DNA of 30,747 bases, taken from the IMG/VR virus record IMGVR_UViG_3300045801_000012, positions 1 through 30,747 of that record; one strand, given 5' to 3'. The notes under the pieces were generated by a model. The model made no database searches, was not told where the DNA came from, and worked only from the letters and a program-made list of their open reading frames with translations. A program made the position numbers and the translations under genes. Within the stretch, counting starts at the first letter, position 1. Every line of letters begins with the position of its first letter. This document shows, piece by piece, positions 1-7,966 of this stretch. This DNA comes from a virus. Its lineage: Duplodnaviria; Caudoviricetes.

Positions 1-182
1 CGCTCGTCGCCATCCTCGTCGTCTCCGATGAACTGTTCGGCGAAGTCGGCTATCTCACGCAGCGCCGCCTCCAGCGCGGCTATGTGGGCTTCGGCCTTTT
101 CCGCCCTACGCATCCATTTGTGCAGGTCCATGGAGCCAGACTCATAGCCTTCGGCGTAATAACGATCAGTTTGTGTTGTCAT
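1..182 (-). CDS. Hypothetical phage protein, partial (runs off the left edge)
   Basis: ATG at 182 in an ATGA overlap; reads MTTQTDRYYAEGYESGSMDLHKWMRRAEKAEAHIAALEAALREIAD... with no stop before base 1; coiled-coil-like. Confidence 0.65.
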   Translation of the reverse strand, partial: MTTQTDRYYAEGYESGSMDLHKWMRRAEKAEAHIAALEAALREIADFAEQFIGDDEDGDE

Positions 183-222
183 GGCTTGGAGTCTCTTTGC
201 GGTGCTGATCCCACGTAGCACA

Positions 223-363
223 TCACTCGCGCCCCGCCAAAACACGTGCCAGCGTCACCAAGAACAGCATCGTGGTCAGCCCAACAAAGGCCAGCCCCAT
301 GCAGACGGCGATCACGACAGCGGACACCAAGATATCGGCCACCCACCAGAATGCGTTCTTCAT
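223..363 (-). CDS. Small membrane protein (46 aa)
   Basis: MKNAFWWVADILVSAVVIAVCMGLAFVGLTTMLFLVTLARVLAGRE; ATGA overlap with the stop of the 360-569 gene; hydrophobic. Confidence 0.6.
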   Translation of the reverse strand: MKNAFWWVADILVSAVVIAVCMGLAFVGLTTMLFLVTLARVLAGRE

Positions 364-569
364 GGCTTGACTCCTGCCGCCTCGAACTGCGTGTAGGCGA
401 CGAACAGCTGGTTAAGGGACCTGGCGAGCTCAACGTCAGGCAGGTACATCAGGTCGTGCGCGTCGCCGAGCGCGTGCCCGATGATCTGCCCCAAACGCAT
501 GTTAGGATAACGCTCGGCCAAGATACCGAGCGTCTCCACCGTCGTCTTACGAAGCGCAAGACTGTCCAC
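360..569 (-). CDS. Small hypothetical phage protein (YPxMRLGQII...DLMY type)
   Basis: Compact ORF in the coupled minus-strand operon; the motif resembles a recurrent small phage protein family. Confidence 0.7.
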   Translation of the reverse strand: MDSLALRKTTVETLGILAERYPNMRLGQIIGHALGDAHDLMYLPDVELARSLNQLFVAYTQFEAAGVKP

Positions 570-574
570 GGGCG

Positions 575-820
575 CTACTCAGCTTGCCTTTTGAGAAACG
601 CCGGCAGATCGTCTGAGCTGCTGACGCAGGGGCTCAAGGAGCCCGGGTGCGCCGCGCGCCGCGCGGCCTCGCGCTGGTTGTCCAAATTCTCGAAGTGCGC
701 CTCAAGGGCCGCGGCTGCGTCGCGCAGGCCGGCGTTACGGGCGGCCTCGCAGGCGTTCCACCGGCCCGACGCGATTGCGGCGGCGACGATCTGGGTCAGG
801 ATAGTCTCGTAGCGGTTCAC
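575..820 (-). CDS. Hypothetical protein
   Basis: GTGA overlap with the upstream gene; C-terminal DDLPAFLKRQAE tail. Confidence 0.65.
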   Translation of the reverse strand: MNRYETILTQIVAAAIASGRWNACEAARNAGLRDAAAALEAHFENLDNQREAARRAAHPGSLSPCVSSSDDLPAFLKRQAE

Positions 821-1128
821 GACGCACCTCCGACGATCTCAACAGTGAAAAGTGGCTCCGGTTTCAAGGTATGCGCCGAGCTGCGCGCGACAACTTTCTC
901 GGTGCGCTGGTTGATGAGCCACATCCGCACGACGTAGTACCGATTACCGCTGTCCTTGTTCAGCTGGCGTCGCATCTGCTCCAGCTCGTTCGATGAGAGC
1001 TTCGTGTCGCGGCCAAAAAGCTCCACGCGGCCGGGCCCGGTCTGCTCTAGTTCATAGCGGTAGTTGTAGGCTTTGTCTTTCATTGTCGGCTCCAAGCTTC
1101 GGGTACGTGCGGCAATCATCTCAGACAA
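817..1128 (-). CDS. Hypothetical protein (start may be further downstream, at MKDKAY)
   Basis: Protein-like composition; tiles within the operon. Confidence 0.6.
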   Translation of the reverse strand: MSEMIAARTRSLEPTMKDKAYNYRYELEQTGPGRVELFGRDTKLSSNELEQMRRQLNKDSGNRYYVVRMWLINQRTEKVVARSSAHTLKPEPLFTVEIVGGAS

Positions 1129-1152
1129 TTACGACGCGCGCAAGCTTTTTCT

Positions 1153-1419
1153 CTATTTGACAATATCGGACGCGGCCGGCGCCGGGGTGCCCGTTTCCGC
1201 TTTTCGAATCGCCGCTTCAATCTTCGCCTGCAGTGCGGCCTCATACTCTTCGAGCCGCTGCACGATCAGCTCGGCGGCGTGCTTCAGGTTCACCTCGCCC
1301 GTCACGTTCAAGAAGAACGGGTTCGGGTGACTGTTCACACTCGAGCCCGGGCTCCCCGACGTCTGCAGCGACTGCTTGATCGCGTTCACGACCGTAATCA
1401 GCTTGGCATCGATACTCAT
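1153..1419 (-). CDS. Hypothetical protein
   Basis: ATGA overlap with the sigma-factor stop; helical C-terminus. Confidence 0.7.
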   Translation of the reverse strand: MSIDAKLITVVNAIKQSLQTSGSPGSSVNSHPNPFFLNVTGEVNLKHAAELIVQRLEEYEAALQAKIEAAIRKAETGTPAPAASDIVK

Positions 1420-2192
1420 TTTCCGTACCTCACTTGTTGTGCGATCTCGATCTTGCGCGCCTCGGTGTCCTTCACCGCCGCGCGCACCTCTACGTCTACA
1501 ATCTCCAGCCGCGTGTCAAGCTTCCCGCTCGGCATGAAGCCCTCGAACCACATGCACCTGAAGCAGGGCGGACAGTCCTTGCCCGCGTGCGGCGCAAAGT
1601 CCAAGCGCGCGATCTCGATATCGATCCGCGAGGGCTGCGACTGCGGCGCCTCGTCTAGTTCGTCCAAGTTCGGGGCGCGCGAACTGCGCGCAGTTGAGCG
1701 GATGAAGTCGCGCAGCTCCCGTTCTGGGAGGAGTCGGCGCAGCTGTTTGATCCGCTGGTGCGCGTCGCGCACGGTGCGCTCGGGGTACCCGCGCTTGAAT
1801 ATCTCCCGGTATGTGTAACCTGCCATCGTCAGCTGCGCGATCTCGCGATCGATCGGCGTCAGCGCCTCAACAAGCGCCTGCGCGGAGGACGCCGCCGCCG
1901 CGCTCTGGTAGGTCGTGTCAGCTGTGTGCGCTTGCGCGGTGCTGTCCTCTTCGCTTGGCAGCTGCATCTTGGTAAACTTCTTGTAGGCGTCCCGCACCGC
2001 GTTCATGAACCATGTCTCCAATGTCGTCGTCAAACTGTATTGCGCCCGATGCGCCCAGCACCACCCCAGCGCCTCCATGATCACATCGTCACGGTCCGCC
2101 TTCTGTAGCCCGCGCGCGTGCAGGAACCGGTTCGCGATCTTGCCGGCCGCCCGCGCCAGCTGCATCGTGAAAACCTCCTCAGCGTTGATCAT
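1416..2192 (-). CDS. ECF-type sigma-70 family RNA polymerase sigma factor with a C-terminal Cys-rich extension (258 aa)
   Basis: Region 2-like DRDDVIMEALGWCW...LETWFMNAVRD and region 4-like LVEALTPIDREIAQLTMAGYTYREI...ERTVRDAHQRI. Start placed at ATG 2192, which overlaps the primase stop (ATGA). Confidence 0.75.
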   Translation of the reverse strand: MINAEEVFTMQLARAAGKIANRFLHARGLQKADRDDVIMEALGWCWAHRAQYSLTTTLETWFMNAVRDAYKKFTKMQLPSEEDSTAQAHTADTTYQSAAAASSAQALVEALTPIDREIAQLTMAGYTYREIFKRGYPERTVRDAHQRIKQLRRLLPERELRDFIRSTARSSRAPNLDELDEAPQSQPSRIDIEIARLDFAPHAGKDCPPCFRCMWFEGFMPSGKLDTRLEIVDVEVRAAVKDTEARKIEIAQQVRYGK

Positions 2193-4750
2193 GTGAGGCC
2201 GTACCCGTCGCCCGCGCGCTGCAAACGCCACCGCACACCGAACTTGCTGTGCCCGTCGTGCACCAGCTTCCAGCCCGACCCGATTTTGTCCTTCGAGGCG
2301 CGCAACCAGTAGCCGAGCTTCACCGGGTTGTTGGGCTCCGCGCACCCCATCTGCATCAGCGCGTCGCTGAGCTCGTTACGTTCATCCGATAGGCTACCCA
2401 CCATACGCGCCACATCGCCCGCGGTAAAGGTCCGCTCGCCAAAGTTCTCCGCGAGCCGCTCGAAGATGGGTCCGACGTTACGTGTCTCGTCGTCGGTTTC
2501 GTTCAGCTGCGTCACGACCGGGTCCGCCATCCCAAGCCAGATCAGCGGCTCGCGCGCGATCTGCGACCAGCGCTCGAAGCTCGGGAGCGGGACCGGCATC
2601 ACGGGGCCCGGCACCTCGGCGAGGTAGGCCCTGATGATCGTGAGCGCATCCACCAGCAGCTGCGCGCGGTGCGCCATCACGTACCGGCGCGGGTTCTCGA
2701 TCTTGAAGACACGCTCGCGCAGATGCTCGGTGTTGGCGTCGAGCCGGATCACGATACTACGCCGCGCGAGCGCGGAGACTGGCGTCAGGTTGTTGCCGGA
2801 CGCGACGAGCACCGTCTTGTTGGCGATCCCCGTCGTCACGCTCTCGCCAAGCTTCCGGTCCTTCCAGACCGCGCTCGTCAGGAACGCCTCGAGGACAGAG
2901 GAACGGACCTTGATACCGTCGGGCACGTTGTCGAACCAGATCGAGCGATCGCCCGCCATCAGGCACGCGTAGAGCGCCTTCCGTAGCTCGTCCTCGTCGG
3001 GCACCCAGGGCCGCAGCGCAGGCTCGGTCCCGTGCGCGATGCGCGCCGCCATCTCCTGCAGCGTCGACTTGCCGGTCCCCGCCATCGGCGCGTCATAGAA
3101 ATACATCGGGCACCGCTCCATCGCGAGACGTCCCGCTTCCGCGAGCACATGCGACACGAACGCGGCCTCAGATGCTGCTTCCTTCCACGGGAACTCGCTG
3201 AAGGGCTCGCGCAGTCGCTTCAAAGCGACCAGCGCATCGGCCCGGGTGGGCCGCTCAAGGAGCGGCGGGTACTCGGTGCCGGGGACGTAGAGCGTACGGC
3301 TCGCAGCGTCGTAGCCTGCCGTGTCGCAGATCGAGCCATCCTCACGCAAAAACGGCGCCCGCGCGATCGCATCAAGCGGCCGCAACGTCGTCCAGCTCCC
3401 GAGCCCGAGCACCGCCCCGATATGATCCGCGGGCGGCGCGGCGGGCACCCAGTCCTTCGCCCACCGCTGAAAGTTGCAGAGCTGCCCGAACCGCTTGCGG
3501 GCCCATTCCCGGGTCGCTGGGACCAACATCATCGACTCCCCGCTCCGCTGGATCGCGCCGTCGCTGTGCGCCTCGGTCGTGCGCACGAGGTGCGCGCCCT
3601 GCGTGTAGACGTAAGGGCTCAGGGTCTCCTCGAGCTCGTCCAGGATCTCCGAGAAGCGTCCCTCTGAGAGCCGTATCAGGCGCTGGTCAGGAGGAACTAC
3701 CTCCGGGGGTATCACGTCCACTAGGTCATCGTGGACCGGCCCAAAGGCCGCAGGGTCGGCCACCCGCTGCTTGCCGCGCTGCCGCGCGAGGTTGAAGATG
3801 TGCCGGTAGTCGGCGCGCGGTTCCTGCCCCTTATGGGCCTGCCACCACGCCTCGGCGGCGCCGGGCTCGTAGCCTACAGCCTTCCTCGAAAAGTCCAACC
3901 ACAGCTGCTCAGCGGGCCGGGAACCTTGCAGGGAGAGGAGCGAGTAGCCCACCGCGCTCCAGCTGTCGTTGTCTTGAACCTTGTCGAGCAGGAACCGTAG
4001 GCACTCGATGAGGTACTGCCAATCGCTTTCGGATATTGCTCGCTGAACCTCCGACGGCCCAGTCGCCGACCCCGTCGCCGCCGCAGTCGGCTGGCCGGTC
4101 GTCGATGTAGTCGTCGCATAGGAGGTAGTCAAGGTCGACCAGATCTGGTTCAGCTGATCCAGACTGATCTTCGGAATCGTAGAAGGCAGCCCAAGATCCC
4201 ACAGGTACCGCACACCAGACGCATGCGAGCCACACGCAACGAACTGCTGCCCGTCGGCGAGCAGCTCGATCGCGGGACCGCGCGGGTTGTCGTCGAGCTT
4301 GATCTTCCGTTTTTTGCATTCACCCTCCATACGGAACACGAGCAATGCTTTCTTGCTGTTCTCGCGCCAACGACGCGGGAGCATCATGTGCCCGCGCAGT
4401 GTCATCTCTATCAACGCGTGTACGGCGACAGCGCGCTCGTCGTCGATGTCGATGTCAAACGCGTACAGCCCGCTGATGGGGCCGGTCCTGACGCACAGAT
4501 TTAGGCGCCGGTCGTTCGACCACTGTGTCACCTCCCACGGCGCGATCTCGCGCTTCTGCCAATCCTTCAGTCCGTGCGCCTCGCCGGCGCCGTTGATCGC
4601 GGAAGGTATCTTGCCTAATTTGCCGGCGAGCTGACTGCCCTCCACGACCTTGACATCCAGCCCCGCGGGCACGCAAGGTAATAGATTGTTGCCTAGATCC
4701 AGCACCAGATCGAAGTGCAGCCACTCCTCAAGCGTCGCCCCTAAACTCAT
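2189..4750 (-). CDS. DNA primase-polymerase / helicase fusion (Prim-Pol + PriCT-2 + P-loop ATPase)
   Basis: N-terminal AEP motifs (NLCVRTG..GLYAFDIDID; IELLADGQQFVACGSHASG), PriCT-2-like DSWSAVGYSL...LWLDFSRK, Walker A DAPMAGTGKS, Walker B IWFDN and motif C ASGNN. Confidence 0.88.
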   Translation of the reverse strand: MSLGATLEEWLHFDLVLDLGNNLLPCVPAGLDVKVVEGSQLAGKLGKIPSAINGAGEAHGLKDWQKREIAPWEVTQWSNDRRLNLCVRTGPISGLYAFDIDIDDERAVAVHALIEMTLRGHMMLPRRWRENSKKALLVFRMEGECKKRKIKLDDNPRGPAIELLADGQQFVACGSHASGVRYLWDLGLPSTIPKISLDQLNQIWSTLTTSYATTTSTTGQPTAAATGSATGPSEVQRAISESDWQYLIECLRFLLDKVQDNDSWSAVGYSLLSLQGSRPAEQLWLDFSRKAVGYEPGAAEAWWQAHKGQEPRADYRHIFNLARQRGKQRVADPAAFGPVHDDLVDVIPPEVVPPDQRLIRLSEGRFSEILDELEETLSPYVYTQGAHLVRTTEAHSDGAIQRSGESMMLVPATREWARKRFGQLCNFQRWAKDWVPAAPPADHIGAVLGLGSWTTLRPLDAIARAPFLREDGSICDTAGYDAASRTLYVPGTEYPPLLERPTRADALVALKRLREPFSEFPWKEAASEAAFVSHVLAEAGRLAMERCPMYFYDAPMAGTGKSTLQEMAARIAHGTEPALRPWVPDEDELRKALYACLMAGDRSIWFDNVPDGIKVRSSVLEAFLTSAVWKDRKLGESVTTGIANKTVLVASGNNLTPVSALARRSIVIRLDANTEHLRERVFKIENPRRYVMAHRAQLLVDALTIIRAYLAEVPGPVMPVPLPSFERWSQIAREPLIWLGMADPVVTQLNETDDETRNVGPIFERLAENFGERTFTAGDVARMVGSLSDERNELSDALMQMGCAEPNNPVKLGYWLRASKDKIGSGWKLVHDGHSKFGVRWRLQRAGDGYGLT

Positions 4751-4932
4751 GTGCGGTTGCCGCGGAGCCCTTCGGCTATCTTGATCAGGGCCGCGGCCTG
4801 GACCTGCATCACCATGAACGCGGCGCGGTTGTAGGCCACCTCATCGGCAAAGAACACGAGCGCAATAACGAGCCCGGCAACACAGTAGATGTGGACAAGG
4901 GCGCGATCAAGCGCGCGTAGGAAGGTTCGCAT
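4747..4932 (-). CDS. Small membrane protein
   Basis: RBS AGGAG upstream; one hydrophobic segment; ATGA-coupled to the primase. Confidence 0.65.
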   Translation of the reverse strand: MRTFLRALDRALVHIYCVAGLVIALVFFADEVAYNRAAFMVMQVQAAALIKIAEGLRGNRT

Positions 4933-4958
4933 GCAGTAGTCTCCTGCCAGGGACCGTC

Positions 4959-4986
4959 AGATTAACATAGGTCGGCGGCGTGTCAA
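4959..4986 (-). promoter_or_regulatory. Sigma70-type promoter for the primase operon
   Basis: TTGACA (4986-4981), 16 nt spacer, extended -10 TG-T-TAATCT (4964-4959). Confidence 0.6.
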
Positions 4987-5447
4987 TCGCGCGTTGCCGG
5001 GTACGGATAGCTCTCGGCAACGCGCAGCGCCTGGGAAGGCGGCAACGCACGTCGGACGCTCCGGTAAATCATCGTTTGCGTGTCGGTCAGCTTAACGAAA
5101 CGGGCCATCTCACCAACCGTCAGCAGCTTGTGCAGGGGCTCCACTTGCACCTCCGGCGCGCCATACACCGGCTCCGGGTCGTGCTCGGCCTGCACCCACC
5201 CGCGAGCGACCATTCCCTCGACGCTGTACTTGCTGGGCTCCTCGCGGAGCAAGTTTAGGTGCTGCAGGAGCGCGGCCCGGCCGCGGCCGTAACGGTCCGC
5301 ACCCGCCTGCGGCGCGAGCCCGAGCTCGGGCGCGGCGGCCGCCTGCGCGATCGCCTCATCGATCGTGTCGACGCCACCAAAGACCGTGCCCATGTAGCGC
5401 GCGTCGTGGCTCAAGGGGCGAACGTCACCGTGAAATGTCTGGCTCAT
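4983..5447 (-). CDS. Hypothetical protein, possible C-terminal HTH-like domain
   Basis: Strong RBS TAGGAG; C-terminal LLTVGEMARFVKLTDTQTMIYR is HTH-like (weak). Confidence 0.65.
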   Translation of the reverse strand: MSQTFHGDVRPLSHDARYMGTVFGGVDTIDEAIAQAAAAPELGLAPQAGADRYGRGRAALLQHLNLLREEPSKYSVEGMVARGWVQAEHDPEPVYGAPEVQVEPLHKLLTVGEMARFVKLTDTQTMIYRSVRRALPPSQALRVAESYPYPATRD

Positions 5448-5477
5448 GATTTAGCTCCTAGTGTTTGTGGTGCGCGC

Positions 5478-5486
5478 ATTGTAGCA
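5478..5486 (-). promoter_or_regulatory. Extended -10 promoter element
   Basis: TG-C-TACAAT about 30 nt upstream of the 5447 start and RBS. Confidence 0.45.
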
Positions 5487-5488
5487 CG

Positions 5489-5899
5489 TTAGAATCGTAC
5501 CGATAGCCCGGTGTGAAAATTGTGGTCGACCCAGTAAATCTCCATCCCAATCGTGCCGGCCTCCCAAGCCCAAGCAGTTTTCTCGAAGCCGTGCTGCACG
5601 AGCTCGTACGTGATCGCGGCGTGCGCGAGGCCGGTCACCGCGAAGTACGTGTAGACGCGACCTTCGCGCGGATAGCCGCGCCCAATGATTGGGTTCGACT
5701 CGTAGCCGTCAGCGTGCCGGTGTATGTCGAGCGTCGTCAGCATGTCGGCGAGCGCCGCACCTTGATAGGCGCCTTCTGCGATGTACACGTTGTCGGCCGC
5801 GTGCACGGATACGGTCAGCGCAGCCCAAATAATCAGTGCCCAGAGGATAACGCCGGCGGGAATCGCAAGCTTCAGGCAGCGCGCAAAGTTCTCGTTCAT
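5489..5899 (-). CDS. Exported or membrane protein with a DxxTT...GYESNP motif (DUF5658-like)
   Basis: Start MNENFAR after GGAG; N-terminal hydrophobic signal ending VHA; ADMLTTLD...GYESNPIIG; C-terminal Phe. Confidence 0.65.
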   Translation of the reverse strand: MNENFARCLKLAIPAGVILWALIIWAALTVSVHAADNVYIAEGAYQGAALADMLTTLDIHRHADGYESNPIIGRGYPREGRVYTYFAVTGLAHAAITYELVQHGFEKTAWAWEAGTIGMEIYWVDHNFHTGLSVRF

Positions 5900-5900
5900 G

Positions 5901-6155
5901 TCAGCTCTCCAGTTTCGGGCGGTACGCGGCCAGCATATCATAAGGCACGCCGTAGCCGGGCGTGGGACGCGCTTGCATGAACGTGGTAGTCTGCTTCATG
6001 TATGCGGCGGCGAGCTTCGCCTGGTGCGCGGCCGCGTACTGCGCCGTGAGCGCAGGTGCGCGGTGCACGAGGCGCGGCGGCGGCGGGGCTGGCCTTCGGC
6101 ACTTTAGCGCGAGCGCCAACAAAATGATCGCAGCAATCCAGAGGAGCCCGGTCAC
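5901..6155 (-). CDS. Small protein with an N-terminal membrane anchor and Pro-rich linker
   Basis: GTG start in a GTGA overlap; MTGLLWIAAIILLALALKCRRPAPPPP... Confidence 0.55.
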   Translation of the reverse strand: MTGLLWIAAIILLALALKCRRPAPPPPRLVHRAPALTAQYAAAHQAKLAAAYMKQTTTFMQARPTPGYGVPYDMLAAYRPKLES

Positions 6156-6319
6156 AGCGAGTCCCCGGGGTCGCCGTCTTGTTGCGACAGGTGCAGCGGG
6201 TGTAAACGGTACTCGCGCCTGCCGTCGCGAAAGTCGGGCCACGACTCGGACAGCGCGTCGAATTGCGCCGCCACGATCGCAGGCGCGTCGATGATCGGCG
6301 AGGTTATGGGGACTATCAC
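6152..6319 (-). CDS. Hypothetical protein (55 aa)
   Basis: MIVPITSPIIDAPAIVAAQFDALSESWPDFRDG...; GTGA overlaps at both ends. Confidence 0.55.
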   Translation of the reverse strand: MIVPITSPIIDAPAIVAAQFDALSESWPDFRDGRREYRLHPLHLSQQDGDPGDSL

Positions 6320-6522
6320 AGCGCACCCGCCTCGGCGGCCAAGCGCGCCGCCCGTTTCGCGGCGATCACATCCATCTTAGCCAGCACCTTGGCGCAACGA
6401 GCGCAGCGGCGACCTTCGGTGCGGAACTCATCAATCTTGACAAACATATGCGCCGTGCGATTTTTGCAAGCTACCGCGCCGTTAAGGTTTAAGTGAAAGA
6501 TGCCTTGATTGTTTGCTGACAT
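6316..6522 (-). CDS. Small putative zinc-binding protein
   Basis: RBS TAGGAG; H..C..H..CARC pattern; first gene after a strong promoter. Confidence 0.7.
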   Translation of the reverse strand: MSANNQGIFHLNLNGAVACKNRTAHMFVKIDEFRTEGRRCARCAKVLAKMDVIAAKRAARLAAEAGAL

Positions 6523-6555
6523 TTTCTAGCTCCTAATTTCGTTGACCGTGTGAGA

Positions 6556-6600
6556 AGTATACGCCTCCTGGTACAGGTTGCAACTATGACGTGCGTCACA
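6556..6600 (-). promoter_or_regulatory. Sigma70 promoter with an adjacent CRP/FNR-like palindrome
   Basis: TTGCAA (6583-6578), 16 nt spacer, TATACT (6561-6556); TGTGA-cgcacg-TCATA at 6600-6585. Confidence 0.6.
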
Positions 6601-7069
6601 GTCCTATCAGGTCAAGGTTCTCAGGGCCGTACTTACGCCTTAGCCGCAGCCGGCGCATGCCTTCGATCTCGCGCCGCCTGCGCTCTGCTGCGCGTGCGAT
6701 TGGGTCGGCAGGGAGCGTGCTCCGCTTGTAAGGGCTTGGCGGCACATCGTTTGGGTTGCGGCGCATCTCTAGCCGCTGCGCTGCTAGGCGCCCTATCTCC
6801 GCAAGTGCGTCAGCCAGCTCCGGGTGCGCCTGCTTCACCATGTTGGTGTGCTTCTGACGCCACCCGTTCAGGCGGTGCGGCAGCTCCCACATACCGCACC
6901 ACGTTGTGGGGGTTCTGATGTGGTGTGCATCTATGCGCTCACGCAGCCTGCTGAAGGCACGGGCCTGGCGCCTCCAAGCGACCTGCCTAGCTGCACTCAG
7001 CCTCGCTCGATCGGCCTGCCCGTCGCCGTCGTCGTACGTCAGCCCGCCCTCAACGTTTGTTCTGCTCAT
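6596..7069 (-). CDS. Basic hypothetical protein, probably translated from a leaderless mRNA
   Basis: 157-aa ORF; ATG lies 6 nt after a -10-like hexamer and has no SD sequence. Confidence 0.65.
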   Translation of the reverse strand: MSRTNVEGGLTYDDGDGQADRARLSAARQVAWRRQARAFSRLRERIDAHHIRTPTTWCGMWELPHRLNGWRQKHTNMVKQAHPELADALAEIGRLAAQRLEMRRNPNDVPPSPYKRSTLPADPIARAAERRRREIEGMRRLRLRRKYGPENLDLIGL

Positions 7070-7075
7070 ACCGTC

Positions 7076-7105
7076 AGCTTAACGCTACCAAGAGCTGACA
7101 GTCAA
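7076..7105 (-). promoter_or_regulatory. Sigma70-type promoter overlapped by an inverted repeat
   Basis: TTGACT (7105-7100), 18 nt spacer, TAAGCT (7081-7076); GTCAGCT/AGCTGAC arms at 7073-7079 and 7093-7099. Confidence 0.45.
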
Positions 7106-7115
7106 CATCGGGTGA

Positions 7116-7235
7116 GGTGACGATGGTTATGATAGTTATGACCGTCTAGCCCCTACGCGGGAAAGAAAGTTTTTTTTTCTATATTGGTGGGGCGGTAGGA
7201 AGGAGACAGTCAACATTATCACAATCATCGTCACC
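7116..7235. repeat. 32-bp imperfect inverted repeat flanking an A/T-rich core
   Basis: ggtgacgatggttatgatagttatgaccgtct (7116-7147) versus agacagtcaacattatcacaatcatcgtcacc (7204-7235); the core contains gaaagaaag and a T-run. Confidence 0.85.
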
Positions 7236-7240
7236 CGAGA

Positions 7241-7296
7241 CTGGCCGTCGGGCTATCCACTGCTGGCCGTCGGGCTATCCACTGCTGGCCGTCGGG
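7241..7296. repeat. 22-bp tandem repeat, about 2.5 copies
   Basis: ctggccgtcgggctatccactg at 7241 and 7263, partial at 7285; the 10-nt core recurs at 7445. Confidence 0.95.
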
Positions 7297-7595
7297 ACCA
7301 CCAGAGGTGGCAAGCCCGCAACTTTGCTGCACTGCAGTCAAAGATCATGCATTTCATTCATCCAATTTTAGGTTTCAATGAATCGGATTCATACTCAGAC
7401 CACGATACGACCGTTTCGTGGTCCAAGCGGCCGCTCGCTTGCGCCTGGCCGTCGAGCTCTGCGCGGCTAGGGGTACCCCAGATCCTGGAATGCTGGCATA
7501 GAACCCAAAACCCCCACAGGGATCGGCCAGTACCGGTACGTCCCGTTCGTCGCGGCGCGGGCAAAAACCGTTTAGATCCTACGGCGCACCCCCAG

Positions 7596-7653
7596 GATCG
7601 TCACCATCGTCACCTACCTTTAGTAACTTGCAACTGATCGTCACCATCGTCAC
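7596..7653. repeat. 18-bp direct repeat (iteron-like)
   Basis: gatcgtcaccatcgtcac at 7596-7613 and 7636-7653, each holding two ATCGTCAC cores that are also present in the inverted-repeat arms. Confidence 0.9.
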
Positions 7654-7732
7654 ACCGAAATATGTCCACAAACTCGCGCCGATCTCCCTAATCAGTGTGG
7701 AGGGGCTATTAACTTCACCCCCGGTGAGAACC

Positions 7733-7966
7733 ATGACCGAAGAGATCGCGATTTACCAGCCGCCGACCGCGGCGACGATGTACACCCGAGAGAACCTGAC
7801 CGCGCTATTCAAGTGCAGCCACGGCGAGCTCGGGCGACTGCTATCGCGCAAGATGGCGCCGCTTCCGGTGCGGATCGACGGCCAGATCCTCTGGTACGTC
7901 GACGAGGTACAGAACGCGACCGCGCAGGTGCTGCGCACTCTCGAGCGATGGAAGACACGCCGATGA
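7733..7966 (+). CDS. AlpA/excisionase-like winged-HTH DNA-binding protein
   Basis: MYTRENLTALFKCSHGELGRLLSRKMAPLPVRIDGQILWYVDEV fits the Xis/AlpA pattern (P.P+RI.G..+W...EV). Confidence 0.7.
   Translation: MTEEIAIYQPPTAATMYTRENLTALFKCSHGELGRLLSRKMAPLPVRIDGQILWYVDEVQNATAQVLRTLERWKTRR

Noticed and set aside
7241-7296. CRISPR array
   Set aside because: The repeats are head-to-tail without spacers, and no cas genes are present.
7347-7637. ORFs in the switch region (7347-7637 + and 7358-7564 -)
   Set aside because: No RBS, not protein-like, and they overlap repeats.
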